Assembly: GCA_038065275.1 (NCBI GenBank)
Contig: JBBTRH010000002.1
Coordinates: forward strand, 34,756-98,755
Length of the DNA stretch: 64,000 nt
Reading direction: 5' to 3'
Source: Patescibacteria group bacterium
GTDB lineage: Bacteria; Patescibacteriota; Patescibacteriia; SBBC01; CAIJZX01
The notes under the pieces were generated by a model. It had not been told where the DNA came from, searched no databases, and saw only the letters and a program-made list of their open reading frames with translations. Every line of letters starts with the position of its first letter. Within the stretch, counting starts at the first letter, position 1. A program made the translations under genes and the position numbers. Shown here piece after piece: positions 49,355-58,646 of this stretch.

Positions 49355-49467
49355 GGTGGGCTTGTCGTGATTGTTAGTGAGCGTGGGTCGACTTCGAAAG
49401 CCCGTTCAGCGTCTGCGCCGGCGATGCCGGCGATCTGCGTGCGTAGCTTCTTTTCCCATCTTGGGCA

Positions 49468-49496
49468 AGGGTAGCAGAGGATGAGATATTTGTCAA
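49468..49496 (-). promoter_or_regulatory. Promoter of the CxxC gene (about 105-nt leader)
   Basis: TTGACA-17-TACCCT with TGn extension. Confidence 0.6.
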
Positions 49497-49553
49497 CCCC
49501 AATCCCCCCAGACTGCCGATACTAAATACAGCCTATGCTTTTTAGCAACGCTG

Positions 49554-49608
49554 ATCCCGCATCACTCCCCTTCGACTCACTCCGTTCGCTCAGGGTCGGA
49601 TGCGGGAT
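49554..49608. repeat. REP-like hairpin with nested CCCTTCGAC...GCTCAGGG motif
   Basis: Perfect 10-bp IR ATCCCGCATC/GATGCGGGAT. Confidence 0.55.
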
Positions 49609-49681
49609 GGCCCTACAACGACTCAAATGAGTCAATATTGTAACCGTTTCTATTGTTTTTACCTTAACAGTATTCTACAAT

Positions 49682-50323
49682 ATGGTCATGTTCATCGGCG
49701 TTGTCGGGTGCATGGGGGTGGGGAAGTCGCGTTTAACGGAGGCGTTGGCCGGCCATTTGGGCTATCGGGCCTATTTTGAGCCGGTTAAGGAGAACCCCTA
49801 CCTCGACGACTTTTACGCCGATGCCAAACGCTGGTCATTCGAAATGCAGATCTACATGCTGACCAGCCGTTTCCGGCAACACCTCGAAGTCCAAGCACTG
49901 ACCACCAAAGACATCGGCGTGGTGCAAGACCAGATCATCTACGGCGACGTTTTATACGCCGAGCTGACCCACCAGTTCGGCTTCATGGACGATCGTGACT
50001 TCGCCAACTACAAAAACCATTTCGCCACGCTCCGACCCCTGCTCCAACTCCCCGATGTGATCATCAACCTCGAAACGTCAATCGACACCGTCTACGACCG
50101 GATTCATAACCGCGGCCGAGTGAGCGAGAAAAAAATCAGCCGCGAGTATCTGGCGGGGCTGACCAAGCTCTTCGCCGACTGGACCGCCTCGGTGGGAGAC
50201 AAAACCAAAGTCATCCACCTCGATTGGACGACCTTCCAGCCGGTCGAGCAGGTGGTGAAAGAGATTGAACAGCAGTTGGAAGTTCAGTTGCCGTTGCCGG
50301 TAGCGGTACCGGCGAACGCTTGA
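49682..50323 (+). CDS. Deoxynucleoside kinase
   Basis: GCMGVGKS P-loop, EPVKENPYLDDFY, QIYML.SRF, PDVII.L, RI.NRGR. Confidence 0.92.
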   Translation: MVMFIGVVGCMGVGKSRLTEALAGHLGYRAYFEPVKENPYLDDFYADAKRWSFEMQIYMLTSRFRQHLEVQALTTKDIGVVQDQIIYGDVLYAELTHQFGFMDDRDFANYKNHFATLRPLLQLPDVIINLETSIDTVYDRIHNRGRVSEKKISREYLAGLTKLFADWTASVGDKTKVIHLDWTTFQPVEQVVKEIEQQLEVQLPLPVAVPANA

Positions 50324-50386
50324 CCCCCCTTCGTCCCCTCCTTATCTAAGGAGGGGTGCCGAGCGGATGAGCGAGGCGGGGTGGTC
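50322..50386. repeat. GC palindromic element, family C (reverse orientation relative to 42715 copy)
   Basis: CCCCTCCTTATCTAAGGAGGGG hairpin; reverse complement aligns to the 42715 element. Confidence 0.7.
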
Positions 50387-50398
50387 AGAGATACCGGG

Positions 50399-51472
50399 TC
50401 AAGCCTTCGCCAGCTGTGCCTTCAGGTAATTTATAGTCGGAATGTCGGCTGGATTTACTTTCCGCGCCGCCGCCAAGTACCAACTGACGTATCCGCCGAA
50501 AGCCAGGAGGTCAACGGCTTTTTCCAGTGACGTTGTGCCGCGCGGTTTGTAGGTCGAAACTTTCGCCCCGAATTGTTTCAGAATTTTTGTTGTCAGTACG
50601 AATCGTTTTTGCGTTCGCACATTGTAGGTCGTGTCAAGAATCATCAAGGCGTGAATCTGCTTGGTGACCGCGCGATGGCGCAACCCTTCAAGCAAATGGT
50701 GGTTCAAGTCGGGCAAAAGTTTCCAATCGGCGTAGGTTTTAGCGTTTTCATGGAGCTGGTTGGCAAAGGTGTGGAGATTACCGCTGGTCCATTCGGCGCC
50801 GATCAGTAATGGGATGCTGTTCGGCCAGGAAGCGGCTAGCTGTTTGGCCGGATTATTTATTATCGGTTTCTTTGCGCCGTACTGTTTGGTTGCTTCCCAG
50901 GCGACGGTCGACAGGCGCTGAATATCCGCTTCGCTTATTTTCAATAACCCCAGCTTGCGCCAGCACGCCAGCATGGCCATCATCCCGTAGGCCACCCCGA
51001 GCCGGGGTTGGCCGGAGGGATTTTCAGTAGCCCGGTACAGGTACAATGGTAACCGCCGGCGTTTGGCCTGGGCGGCTAATCGGCCGCCGCTGGTGACTGC
51101 TACGATTTTTGCCTGGCGCCGCACCGCGGCCGGTAGCGTAGCCAGCGTTTCTTCCGTTGTTCCCGAGTAACTCGAACAAACGACCAATGTGCGGCGATCA
51201 ACCCAGGCTGGTAATCGGTAGTCGGCAACGATCGTGACCGGTAATTTAAGTTGGTCGGCTAAAGCGGCGCGGAGGATGTCCGCCCCGAGATGCGATCCGC
51301 CCATGCCGCAGACGGCGACGTTATCGATTCGACGATATGATTCGGGTATCTGCACCCGCCGCGCTTGGCGCCAGCCATCTCGGAGCTGATCGGCCAGCCG
51401 GTCGAGTGAAGCCCCGACCTGTCCGCGGTCGCGAGTGAGAATCGACGATTGATCGATAGTCCGCAACGTCAT
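50399..51472 (-). CDS. Bifunctional phosphoglucose/phosphomannose isomerase (SIS domain)
   Basis: GMGGS, SYSGTTEETL, TSGGRL, QPR, ENAK, NHH. Confidence 0.9.
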   Translation of the reverse strand: MTLRTIDQSSILTRDRGQVGASLDRLADQLRDGWRQARRVQIPESYRRIDNVAVCGMGGSHLGADILRAALADQLKLPVTIVADYRLPAWVDRRTLVVCSSYSGTTEETLATLPAAVRRQAKIVAVTSGGRLAAQAKRRRLPLYLYRATENPSGQPRLGVAYGMMAMLACWRKLGLLKISEADIQRLSTVAWEATKQYGAKKPIINNPAKQLAASWPNSIPLLIGAEWTSGNLHTFANQLHENAKTYADWKLLPDLNHHLLEGLRHRAVTKQIHALMILDTTYNVRTQKRFVLTTKILKQFGAKVSTYKPRGTTSLEKAVDLLAFGGYVSWYLAAARKVNPADIPTINYLKAQLAKA

Positions 51473-52200
51473 CGGGTTATGGCCTGGTTTTTGGCCTTCC
51501 GCGGCGGGTACTTCTTGTGCGGGTGCAGTTGGTGATGGTCGAGGCGAAGCCACACCAGCCACAAGCCAAGCGCGATAAGCGCGGGCGTGATGAACGTCAG
51601 CCAGCTGAAACCGGCGAAGGCCTGATCGCGCCACCAGCGAATCGGCAACTGCCAGGCGTCCGGCCACTGGGCCACCGCCGATCCGCGGTCAAGCAAGAAG
51701 CGGTATTGACCGCCGGCGCTACCGGCGTTATAAACGGCAAAGATGTAAGTCCCGGCGGTCGGCCAGACCGGTTGGGCTTCCAGGCGGACCGTATACAGCG
51801 TTTGGGTAAAGACGTCAAAGACGACCCGCGGCGCGGTCATCGGGTAGACCAAGGCGATAGTTTCGGGGGGTTGTTCGACGGGCAGGATCGGCCCGACAGT
51901 TGTGTCGTGCGGTCGGAAAAGAACGACTTGCGGCGCGAATTTGGCCGCGGCCGAGCGGGAAATGCTGATTTGGATCCGCACCCGGCGCGGTTGATCGACG
52001 GTCAGCCGATAGTAGACAGCATCGCCGGTGGCCCGGAGCGTGCGGTAGTCGGTAAACTGCCGGGCGTTGACATTGATCGTGACCGGCTGTTGCCAGGAAT
52101 CGCCGGTGCCGGCCGCAGTTGTCGGACGAGATCCGATCACCGTCAGGCCGACGATCGCGATGGCTAGGAGGATTCTCCCGATCAAGCGCAAGCGCATCAT
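51469..52200 (-). CDS. Exported beta-sandwich protein with C-terminal TM
   Basis: Signal peptide, YYRL / GTYIFAVY..G.Y PPC-like pattern, TM + basic tail. Confidence 0.65.
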   Translation of the reverse strand: MMRLRLIGRILLAIAIVGLTVIGSRPTTAAGTGDSWQQPVTINVNARQFTDYRTLRATGDAVYYRLTVDQPRRVRIQISISRSAAAKFAPQVVLFRPHDTTVGPILPVEQPPETIALVYPMTAPRVVFDVFTQTLYTVRLEAQPVWPTAGTYIFAVYNAGSAGGQYRFLLDRGSAVAQWPDAWQLPIRWWRDQAFAGFSWLTFITPALIALGLWLVWLRLDHHQLHPHKKYPPRKAKNQAITR

Positions 52201-52233
52201 GACCGTATTGTATACCAACTGACCCCAGCCCGT

Positions 52234-52734
52234 CTACGTCGCGGTCGGGCGGGTCAGTAACCGCTGTTCTGCCTCGTTGAGCCCCGGCCCCAGCCACCGA
52301 CTTCCCTCGCACCGCCGGGTCAGGTACGTGCCGTCGCTTTGCCGGCGGAGGTAGAGGAGATAGGGCGGCTGGTCACTGGCGAAATGAAAATCGCTCGGCC
52401 GCATCATCGGGCCGGACCGGATGACCCGGTCGTCAAGCGCATGGATGGTCACTGTCGGCATCGAGATCGCGCCTTGGTACACCTCAATCGGATTGATGAT
52501 CACCTCCGCCCCGCCCGGCCCGCCGGGGATAACCATCGCCACCCGGCCGGAGAGAATAACATCCGCCTGATTGATCCGCTCGGCGACGGTAGTTGGGCAT
52601 GGTCGGACAGTATCGGTCGCCACTGGTTCAACTTGACCGCGCGGCCACCGCCCAGCCGCCACCCAGACCACAACCGCGCCGTAAAGAAGCAACGGCATGA
52701 CCCAACGGCGGTAGTATCGGCTATCAGCGGCCAT
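52234..52734 (-). CDS. Membrane-anchored TIMP/NTR-like domain protein
   Basis: C.......NQADVILSGRV...EVYQG...YLLYL...C pattern. Confidence 0.5.
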   Translation of the reverse strand: MAADSRYYRRWVMPLLLYGAVVVWVAAGRWPRGQVEPVATDTVRPCPTTVAERINQADVILSGRVAMVIPGGPGGAEVIINPIEVYQGAISMPTVTIHALDDRVIRSGPMMRPSDFHFASDQPPYLLYLRRQSDGTYLTRRCEGSRWLGPGLNEAEQRLLTRPTAT

Positions 52735-54220
52735 ATCGTTTGGCAAGTCTGGCCAGTCGATCAGCCGACCGAGCGGTCAGTTGCCGTTCACTAAGACGCC
52801 AGGACCAGTTGCCTCGCTGACGGCCGGGCCGGTTGAGGCGCGCGCTCGAGCCGAGCCGAAGAATGTCTTGAATGGGCATTACCACCAGCCGAGCGGAAGT
52901 TTTGGCGGCCGCCTCGAGGCATTGCCAAGCCACGTCCCGAATTGGCCCGAGGTATAACCGGAGGTTTCGCCGTTCGTACTTTTTGGCCTCCTCGCGCCAC
53001 CCGCCGACGGTGGTGTTGGTATCATGGTTGGCCGTGTAGTAGACGACGTCTTCGGTCACCGCCTGCGGATGGTGCGGATTGTCCGGCAAGCCGTTCCAGC
53101 CGAAGAGCATGACCCGAATGGTCGGCAGATGGAAAGCCCGCCGCAGGGCATCCGCCCCGGTTTCTTCCGACCCCAGGTCCTCGGCAATTAGGTTGAGTTG
53201 CGGACGGCGGCGCTTGACCGCCCGCAGTAACGCCTGGCCGGGACTTGGCACCCAGCGGCCCCGCCGAGCGGTGGCGGCGCGGGCCGGAATCTGCCAGGTA
53301 TGGACCAGGCCGCGGAAGTGATCGACCCGAATGACGTCGCAACGATCATCGAGCAGTCGGAAGCGTTCGACCCACCAGCGGAATCCGGTCCGGCGATGGG
53401 CGGGCCAATTGTAGAGCGGATTTCCCCAGCGCTGGCCGTGGCGGGCGAAAGAGTCGGGTGGCACCCCGGCCACTACCGACGGCTGACCATGGCGGTCGAG
53501 GCGGAACAGTTCCGGATGCGCCCAGACATCAACGCTATCGGCGCGAACAAAGAACGGCAGATCGCCGATGATGATAATCTGTCGCTGATGCACGTACCGC
53601 CGGAGCGCCTGCCATTGTTCCGCCCATAGCCACTGAGCGTAAGCATGGAAGTCAATCTGCCGGCGCAGGTGCCGGTCGAGGTACAGCCGGGCGGTACGCG
53701 GGTGGCGCCACTTCGACTCCCATGTCCACCACGACTGTTGGTCATGGCGGTCCTTCAAGGCTTGAAAAAGGGTAAAGTTCTCCAGCCATCGCCCCTGGGC
53801 TCGTCGGAAACGGGCGAATGCCGTTTGTTGCGCCAATGAACCGCGGCGGAGAAAAAAACGGTATGAGGCGCGGACCAGCGTCCACTTGGTCCGGAATACG
53901 CGCCGATATGAAACCGAGCGTTTGGCCATGTGCCGCTCCGGCCGCTGGACCGGCAATAACTTTTGGCGACGCAGTAGCTCCGGACTGATGAATAGCCAGT
54001 TTCCGGCCTCGCTGGACGGCGAGGCGTACGGCGAGCCGGTGCTATCGGGAATACCGAAGGGTAGAATCTGCCAGGCCCGTTGTCCCGCGCGGTGCAACCA
54101 ATCGACAAAATGATAGGCGGCCGGCCCGAGATCGCCGATGCCGTCGGGCCCGGGTAGAGCGGAAATCGGCAACAGCACGCCGCTCCGGCGTTGTAATCCT
54201 GGCCTCCGACGATTCGACAT
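52724..54220 (-). CDS. malQ: 4-alpha-glucanotransferase (GH77)
   Basis: RRSGVLL, WQILP, SPY, IGDLP, GVPPD, WGNPLY, RVDHFRG, IAEDLG, HDT. Confidence 0.95.
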   Translation of the reverse strand: MSNRRRPGLQRRSGVLLPISALPGPDGIGDLGPAAYHFVDWLHRAGQRAWQILPFGIPDSTGSPYASPSSEAGNWLFISPELLRRQKLLPVQRPERHMAKRSVSYRRVFRTKWTLVRASYRFFLRRGSLAQQTAFARFRRAQGRWLENFTLFQALKDRHDQQSWWTWESKWRHPRTARLYLDRHLRRQIDFHAYAQWLWAEQWQALRRYVHQRQIIIIGDLPFFVRADSVDVWAHPELFRLDRHGQPSVVAGVPPDSFARHGQRWGNPLYNWPAHRRTGFRWWVERFRLLDDRCDVIRVDHFRGLVHTWQIPARAATARRGRWVPSPGQALLRAVKRRRPQLNLIAEDLGSEETGADALRRAFHLPTIRVMLFGWNGLPDNPHHPQAVTEDVVYYTANHDTNTTVGGWREEAKKYERRNLRLYLGPIRDVAWQCLEAAAKTSARLVVMPIQDILRLGSSARLNRPGRQRGNWSWRLSERQLTARSADRLARLAKRYGR

Positions 54221-54224
54221 GCGT

Positions 54225-55019
54225 TTAGAACTGCTTGACCGTCTCGACGTACAGGCAAAATGGACACTCTGGCGCCGGCGCCGGCAATGACCCGTCAAGA
54301 ATATCAATCGCTTTCAGCACGTCCGGTTTGACCCGGGCGGGGTTCGTGTGGAGCGTTTTGACGGTGATTTGCATCGGAAACCCTTCGTGTAACTTCTGCC
54401 CTTCGGACGGATAAAAATATATCAAATAGCCGATGCCGCTGGGCGGTTTACGGTTCTGCTCAAGCAGGAAAGCGTAGCTGTCCAGTTGGAATTGGTAGGC
54501 CGGAATCAGTTCCCGCGTGGTCGGGTCGGAGGAAGCGGTTTTATGGTCGACCGGGGTGTACCTCCCGTCACTCTGCACCACGCATTCATCAAGTTTCCCC
54601 AGATAGCCGTACTGATCATTGATGGCGGCGAAATATTTTTCTTGAAACGGCGACTCCAGCCGACCGTCAATCTGACCGGCCACCAACGGCGGCAGGTCGG
54701 GCGTGCCGCGATAGAGATCGAAGTAGCGCTTGATGACGCTGTCGAAACGATTGGCCAATCGCGAAACGATGCCTTCCGGCCGGTAGATTTTCCGATTGAT
54801 TTGCATCCAAAAACACCGCGGACAGCGCCGCGACGTTTCAATCGCTGTGGCTGAGAGCCAGCGCTTTTTTCCTGGTGCGGGTGGGATCGGCTGAGGAACG
54901 ATATGCTTCGTACCAGTACTGACTTTAGTCCGTCGCACGGACATTTTTTTTCCAACCTTGCCCCGCGTCGAAAACAAACTTCCCTGCTCACTGACTGACG
55001 ATCGTGATCGCGGTGTCAT
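54225..55019 (-). CDS. PD-(D/E)XK nuclease, RecB/Cas4-like
   Basis: LSAT....CPRC, GKLDE, VDHKT, QLDSY, CPFC. Confidence 0.85.
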   Translation of the reverse strand: MTPRSRSSVSEQGSLFSTRGKVGKKMSVRRTKVSTGTKHIVPQPIPPAPGKKRWLSATAIETSRRCPRCFWMQINRKIYRPEGIVSRLANRFDSVIKRYFDLYRGTPDLPPLVAGQIDGRLESPFQEKYFAAINDQYGYLGKLDECVVQSDGRYTPVDHKTASSDPTTRELIPAYQFQLDSYAFLLEQNRKPPSGIGYLIYFYPSEGQKLHEGFPMQITVKTLHTNPARVKPDVLKAIDILDGSLPAPAPECPFCLYVETVKQF

Positions 55020-55071
55020 AGCGAGCAGTATACCACGAACGTCAGGACTCTAGGAAGCGCACCGCCGGCCC

Positions 55072-55206
55072 TTAGTTCAGTGCCGATTCCACCGGCAAGT
55101 CGTGATGACTATGGACAGGATTCGGTTCATCAAAGGTCGGTCGGTAGTATTGGAGGTCGACATTGTGCTGGCCGAGGATCTCCTTGATGCCGTCCCGCAG
55201 TTGGCG
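55072..55206 (-). pseudogene. Orphan 3' end of the 56266 gene (RQLRDGIKEILGQHNVDLQYYRPTFDEPNPVHSHHDLPVESALN*)
   Basis: Ungapped match to RHLRDGIHEILGQHNIDIQYYRPVFDEPNP of the intact gene. Confidence 0.9.
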
Positions 55207-55259
55207 CAGTGCGGCGTGGCGGCATATGGCTGGCAGTATACCACGTCACCGCCCTGATA

Positions 55260-55305
55260 AAAAATCCACCTTCGCTCCTCGACTTTGCTCGGGGTTTCGG
55301 TGGAT
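55260..55305. terminator. Hairpin/terminator after the amidase
   Basis: ATCCACC/GGTGGAT stem, T-run on minus strand. Confidence 0.45.
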
Positions 55306-55323
55306 GAGTTCACTGACGCCTGA

Positions 55324-56175
55324 TCAGCGGATTGAACCGGAGCTGGCCCGCCGGTACAGCACCAGGCCGTCGCGAATGACTTGGGCGTAGCGACGGAGTG
55401 CGCCGGATGTTTGGAGCCGTCGCCAATCGGCGTTGTTCGGCAGGTTGGCCAGTTCAATCAACAGCGACCGCGGCACCGGATTATACACCAGCCGGGTGCG
55501 GCCGCGGAGGCGGTCGCGGTACCGCCGCAGATCGTGCGGTTGACGGAGGATAAACAGGTGCCGTCCTAAGCCGGATCGGCCATTGGCGACCGTCGGTCCG
55601 TCTTCGTCAGCGCGGAGCAAACCGGCCTGACTGAAGGCGCTGACCATGCTCACCACTAGGAGCGTATCGTACGGACCGGCCGGATAGATGATCCGCGCCC
55701 CGGCCGGACAGCCGCGACCAAGGACGTGGTCGAAGTGCAGCGACAGATACAGCACCGTGGCCGTCGAGTCGCTGGCCAATACCTGTCGGGCCCGGGCGAA
55801 ACGTTGTTCGAGCCCGGCCCGGCCACCGCGAATCGACGGCTGTCCCCAGGTCATAAAGACGTCGGCTCCGCGGGCCGGAATCGTGTCGCGACCGAAGACG
55901 GCCAGCGGCGGCCATTCCGACGGAAGCCGGTGCTGCATGGTCGTCAGTCTAACGGTGGCACCGTCAGCCGTTAACAGCGGCCGCAGTTCGCTGGCCACGC
56001 CCCAGGTGAGTTGGGCTTCGGTGATGAGTTGCTGGCCGTACCGCCGTCGCGTTCCATGGTCGTCGTTGCCGTGCCCGGGATCGATGACGACCGTCAAGCC
56101 ATCAAGACTTCCGGCCTTAGCCGGAGCACAAATAGCCAGAAACAACGCCACAACGAACAACGTCCGCATGCTCAT
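55324..56175 (-). CDS. N-acetylmuramoyl-L-alanine amidase (Amidase_3)
   Basis: Signal peptide; VVIDPGHG, TEA, LSLHFD, SLLIELANL. Confidence 0.88.
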   Translation of the reverse strand: MSMRTLFVVALFLAICAPAKAGSLDGLTVVIDPGHGNDDHGTRRRYGQQLITEAQLTWGVASELRPLLTADGATVRLTTMQHRLPSEWPPLAVFGRDTIPARGADVFMTWGQPSIRGGRAGLEQRFARARQVLASDSTATVLYLSLHFDHVLGRGCPAGARIIYPAGPYDTLLVVSMVSAFSQAGLLRADEDGPTVANGRSGLGRHLFILRQPHDLRRYRDRLRGRTRLVYNPVPRSLLIELANLPNNADWRRLQTSGALRRYAQVIRDGLVLYRRASSGSIR

Positions 56176-56265
56176 CACCCCTTTTCAGGATGTTGGGAAA
56201 GAGCGTTACATCAGATACGCTGACACTACCAGAAGATCACTACGACTGCCAGTGGAGAGTTCGCT

Positions 56266-56571
56266 TCAGGATTTGTGGACGTGATTGTGGTCGAGCGGAT
56301 TCGGTTCGTCGAAGACCGGCCGGTAGTACTGGATGTCAATGTTGTGCTGACCGAGAATTTCATGGATGCCGTCGCGAAGATGTCGGGGTATGGTCGTGAT
56401 GTACCCGCGGATCATGGCGTCCTCGTCGACCTCCGATTTTCCTTGACGGTGCGCATGAAGTTCAGCGCACTCCCGAACATCAGGATCGAGGTACTTGCGA
56501 TAGGCCGGCGGAGTGTCGGCCAATAATTCCCGTAGCTTGTCTTCCACCTCAGACGCCCAGATGATATGCAT
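56266..56571 (-). CDS. Small helical protein (PCP_red/DUF2621-like)
   Basis: W..E.E..L..L....PP..R......AE..A...G..EV pattern. Confidence 0.6.
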   Translation of the reverse strand: MHIIWASEVEDKLRELLADTPPAYRKYLDPDVRECAELHAHRQGKSEVDEDAMIRGYITTIPRHLRDGIHEILGQHNIDIQYYRPVFDEPNPLDHNHVHKS

Positions 56572-56573
56572 GG

Positions 56574-57236
56574 CTAGCTGGTTAGTTCAATGGTAACGGA
56601 TTGCACCGTATCACCTACCACAAGCGCTTGGACCACGTCCATGCCGGTCGTAACTTTTCCCATAATTTGATATCGTTGTTCAAGTCCGGCGACGGATTTC
56701 ATGATAAATATTTGTGAACCGGCAGAATTTGATGCGGCCGTTTTAGCCATCGCCACTACTCCCGGATCATAGGTGCCGGTCACGGTCTCGTCAGGAATGG
56801 TATATCCTGGCCCGCCGGTACCCCACAGGTTTTGGCTGACGGTCTCGTCTTTGGTCTGCGGATCGCCCATTTGTACCACCCAGGTTTCAATCCGATGCCA
56901 ACGGATACCGTTATAAAAACCCTGCTCCGCTAAGTAAACGAAATTGCTGACCGCCAGCGGCGCCTGCGAGGCATCAAGCGTAAAAACAATGGTGCCTTTA
57001 TTGGTCACCAGGCGGGCTTGCTTATTGAGTATGCGGTCGTCCGGCAGGCGGCCAGGGAAAGAATAGGTAGGCACGGCGGTGGAGGGTTTAGTTGATAAAT
57101 TAACGTTCGCGTTTTGGTTACTATTCGACGCCGTTGGTTTAAGCTTGAAACCGGTCAGGCCAAGAATAATGGCTGTCACCACGACTAAGACGGCGATACC
57201 ACCGATGACTGTCGGACTGTTGATGGGGTTGGCCAT
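56574..57236 (-). CDS. Membrane-anchored cyclophilin-type PPIase
   Basis: TNKGTI, AP.AV.NF..LA..GFY.G..WHR, GTGGPGY, VAMA, AGSQIFI. Confidence 0.92.
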   Translation of the reverse strand: MANPINSPTVIGGIAVLVVVTAIILGLTGFKLKPTASNSNQNANVNLSTKPSTAVPTYSFPGRLPDDRILNKQARLVTNKGTIVFTLDASQAPLAVSNFVYLAEQGFYNGIRWHRIETWVVQMGDPQTKDETVSQNLWGTGGPGYTIPDETVTGTYDPGVVAMAKTAASNSAGSQIFIMKSVAGLEQRYQIMGKVTTGMDVVQALVVGDTVQSVTIELTS

Positions 57237-57248
57237 CTGACTGAACGA

Positions 57249-57860
57249 TTAGTTAGTAGTGAATGACGATATTATCTCCGAGACTAATTCCTCCGCGACC
57301 GCGGGCGCAATCGCCAGGACGTAGTAGGTGAATGGCGTGACGGCGCCGTTTTGGATTTCATAGACGTGACGTTCCTGATTCCACCAGGTCGGAAGGGCGA
57401 CATCCGGTTTCGCCTCGGAAACAGGTACGATGTAGGTTTGGGCCGGTTCATTGTTGAAGGTGATCGTGCGGTCGACTTCGCCGCTCACCCGGTCGGGGCG
57501 ACGGAAGGCCGCGCCGGTGTAATACTGAACGAATATTTTCGATCTTGCCAGGGTTGAACCGTCACTTGAGTTAGCCGCGTCGTAGATATTAATCGCGGTC
57601 GGTCCGGCCAGGTATTCCACTCTCCATTTGGCGGGGATCTTCATGGTGAACTCAAAGGCCGGATCCCGTTCGGGTAAATCGACGGTCGAAAAAGTCGTCA
57701 TCGGCACCGTCGTGTTTGTATTTAAATTTGCCGCTGTGTTCGATGTTGTTGTGTTCGCGGGAACAGTCGGAGCGACTGTTTTTTTCGTCGGCCAGGCGAT
57801 CCAGATTATCAGACCAGCCATGACCACGCCAACTAAGATATATGGATACTTCTGCTTCAT
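57249..57860 (-). CDS. Membrane-anchored protein with N/T-rich linker and PsbP-like domain
   Basis: Likely start MKQKYP (TATACT 6 nt upstream); FTMKIPAKW...IISSF. Confidence 0.7.
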   Translation of the reverse strand: MKQKYPYILVGVVMAGLIIWIAWPTKKTVAPTVPANTTTSNTAANLNTNTTVPMTTFSTVDLPERDPAFEFTMKIPAKWRVEYLAGPTAINIYDAANSSDGSTLARSKIFVQYYTGAAFRRPDRVSGEVDRTITFNNEPAQTYIVPVSEAKPDVALPTWWNQERHVYEIQNGAVTPFTYYVLAIAPAVAEELVSEIISSFTTN

Positions 57861-58023
57861 GGGTAGAGTATAGCGAATATCGCCGGAAAAGAGAACGGCC
57901 CCGGCCATCGACTTGACATACTCTGGCAATAAGGAGAAGATGCGCCCGTCTGTTGCGTTGTCCTCGCTCCTTTCCCACCTTTCTGCTGTTAATAGCATCA
58001 TCTCTCGTACTACAGGAGGCACG

Positions 58024-58611
58024 ATGGATCTCCGTACCCTCAACGAACCGGAACGTTTCAGCGTCATCAACGGCATGGTCAACCGCCAGAAAGCCCTCTG
58101 GACCCTGTGCCTGATCTGTCTGATCCTGTTCCTCGGCCTGGGGCTGTGGAACTGGAACATCGAGCGGAGGGCCTCCCGGGACCGCTTGGCCGCTACCGCT
58201 GTCACCGCCAACCACCAGGCGTCCATCGTCGGTCTGCGCCTCGCGGTGCGGAACACCATCGACAGGACGGACCGTCAACAGCGGACTATCGATTCGCTGA
58301 ACACTGATCTCCGCACCGCGCGTTCCTTCGCCGCCGTACAGGTGCGGGCGATCCAAACGCTAGCCACGCGACTGGACCGGACCAATCGCGATCTTGATGA
58401 GGTCATTGCCTCCGACCAGGACAACGTCGAGTGGCTGAACGAGCAGGACCTGGAGCTGACCGTCTTTCGACCGTTGCCCGCTCAGTTCGATTCGCTTCGT
58501 CGGGCGACCGTCGTGGCCGACAGCACCCTGAACGCCCGGCAGAGAATCCTCGAGACGCGGCTGAAGGTTCTGCTCGAACCGAAGCACCGCCATCGCTGGT
58601 GGCTGTGGTAA
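58024..58611 (+). CDS. Membrane-anchored coiled-coil protein with WWLW tail
   Basis: AGGAGG RBS, TM, heptad-rich body, terminator after stop. Confidence 0.7.
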   Translation: MDLRTLNEPERFSVINGMVNRQKALWTLCLICLILFLGLGLWNWNIERRASRDRLAATAVTANHQASIVGLRLAVRNTIDRTDRQQRTIDSLNTDLRTARSFAAVQVRAIQTLATRLDRTNRDLDEVIASDQDNVEWLNEQDLELTVFRPLPAQFDSLRRATVVADSTLNARQRILETRLKVLLEPKHRHRWWLW

Positions 58612-58617
58612 ACACCT

Positions 58618-58646
58618 CCACCGCTCATCCCAAGCGGTGGTTTTTT
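58618..58646. terminator. Terminator between convergent genes
   Basis: CCACCGCT/AGCGGTGG stem + TTTTTT. Confidence 0.6.
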
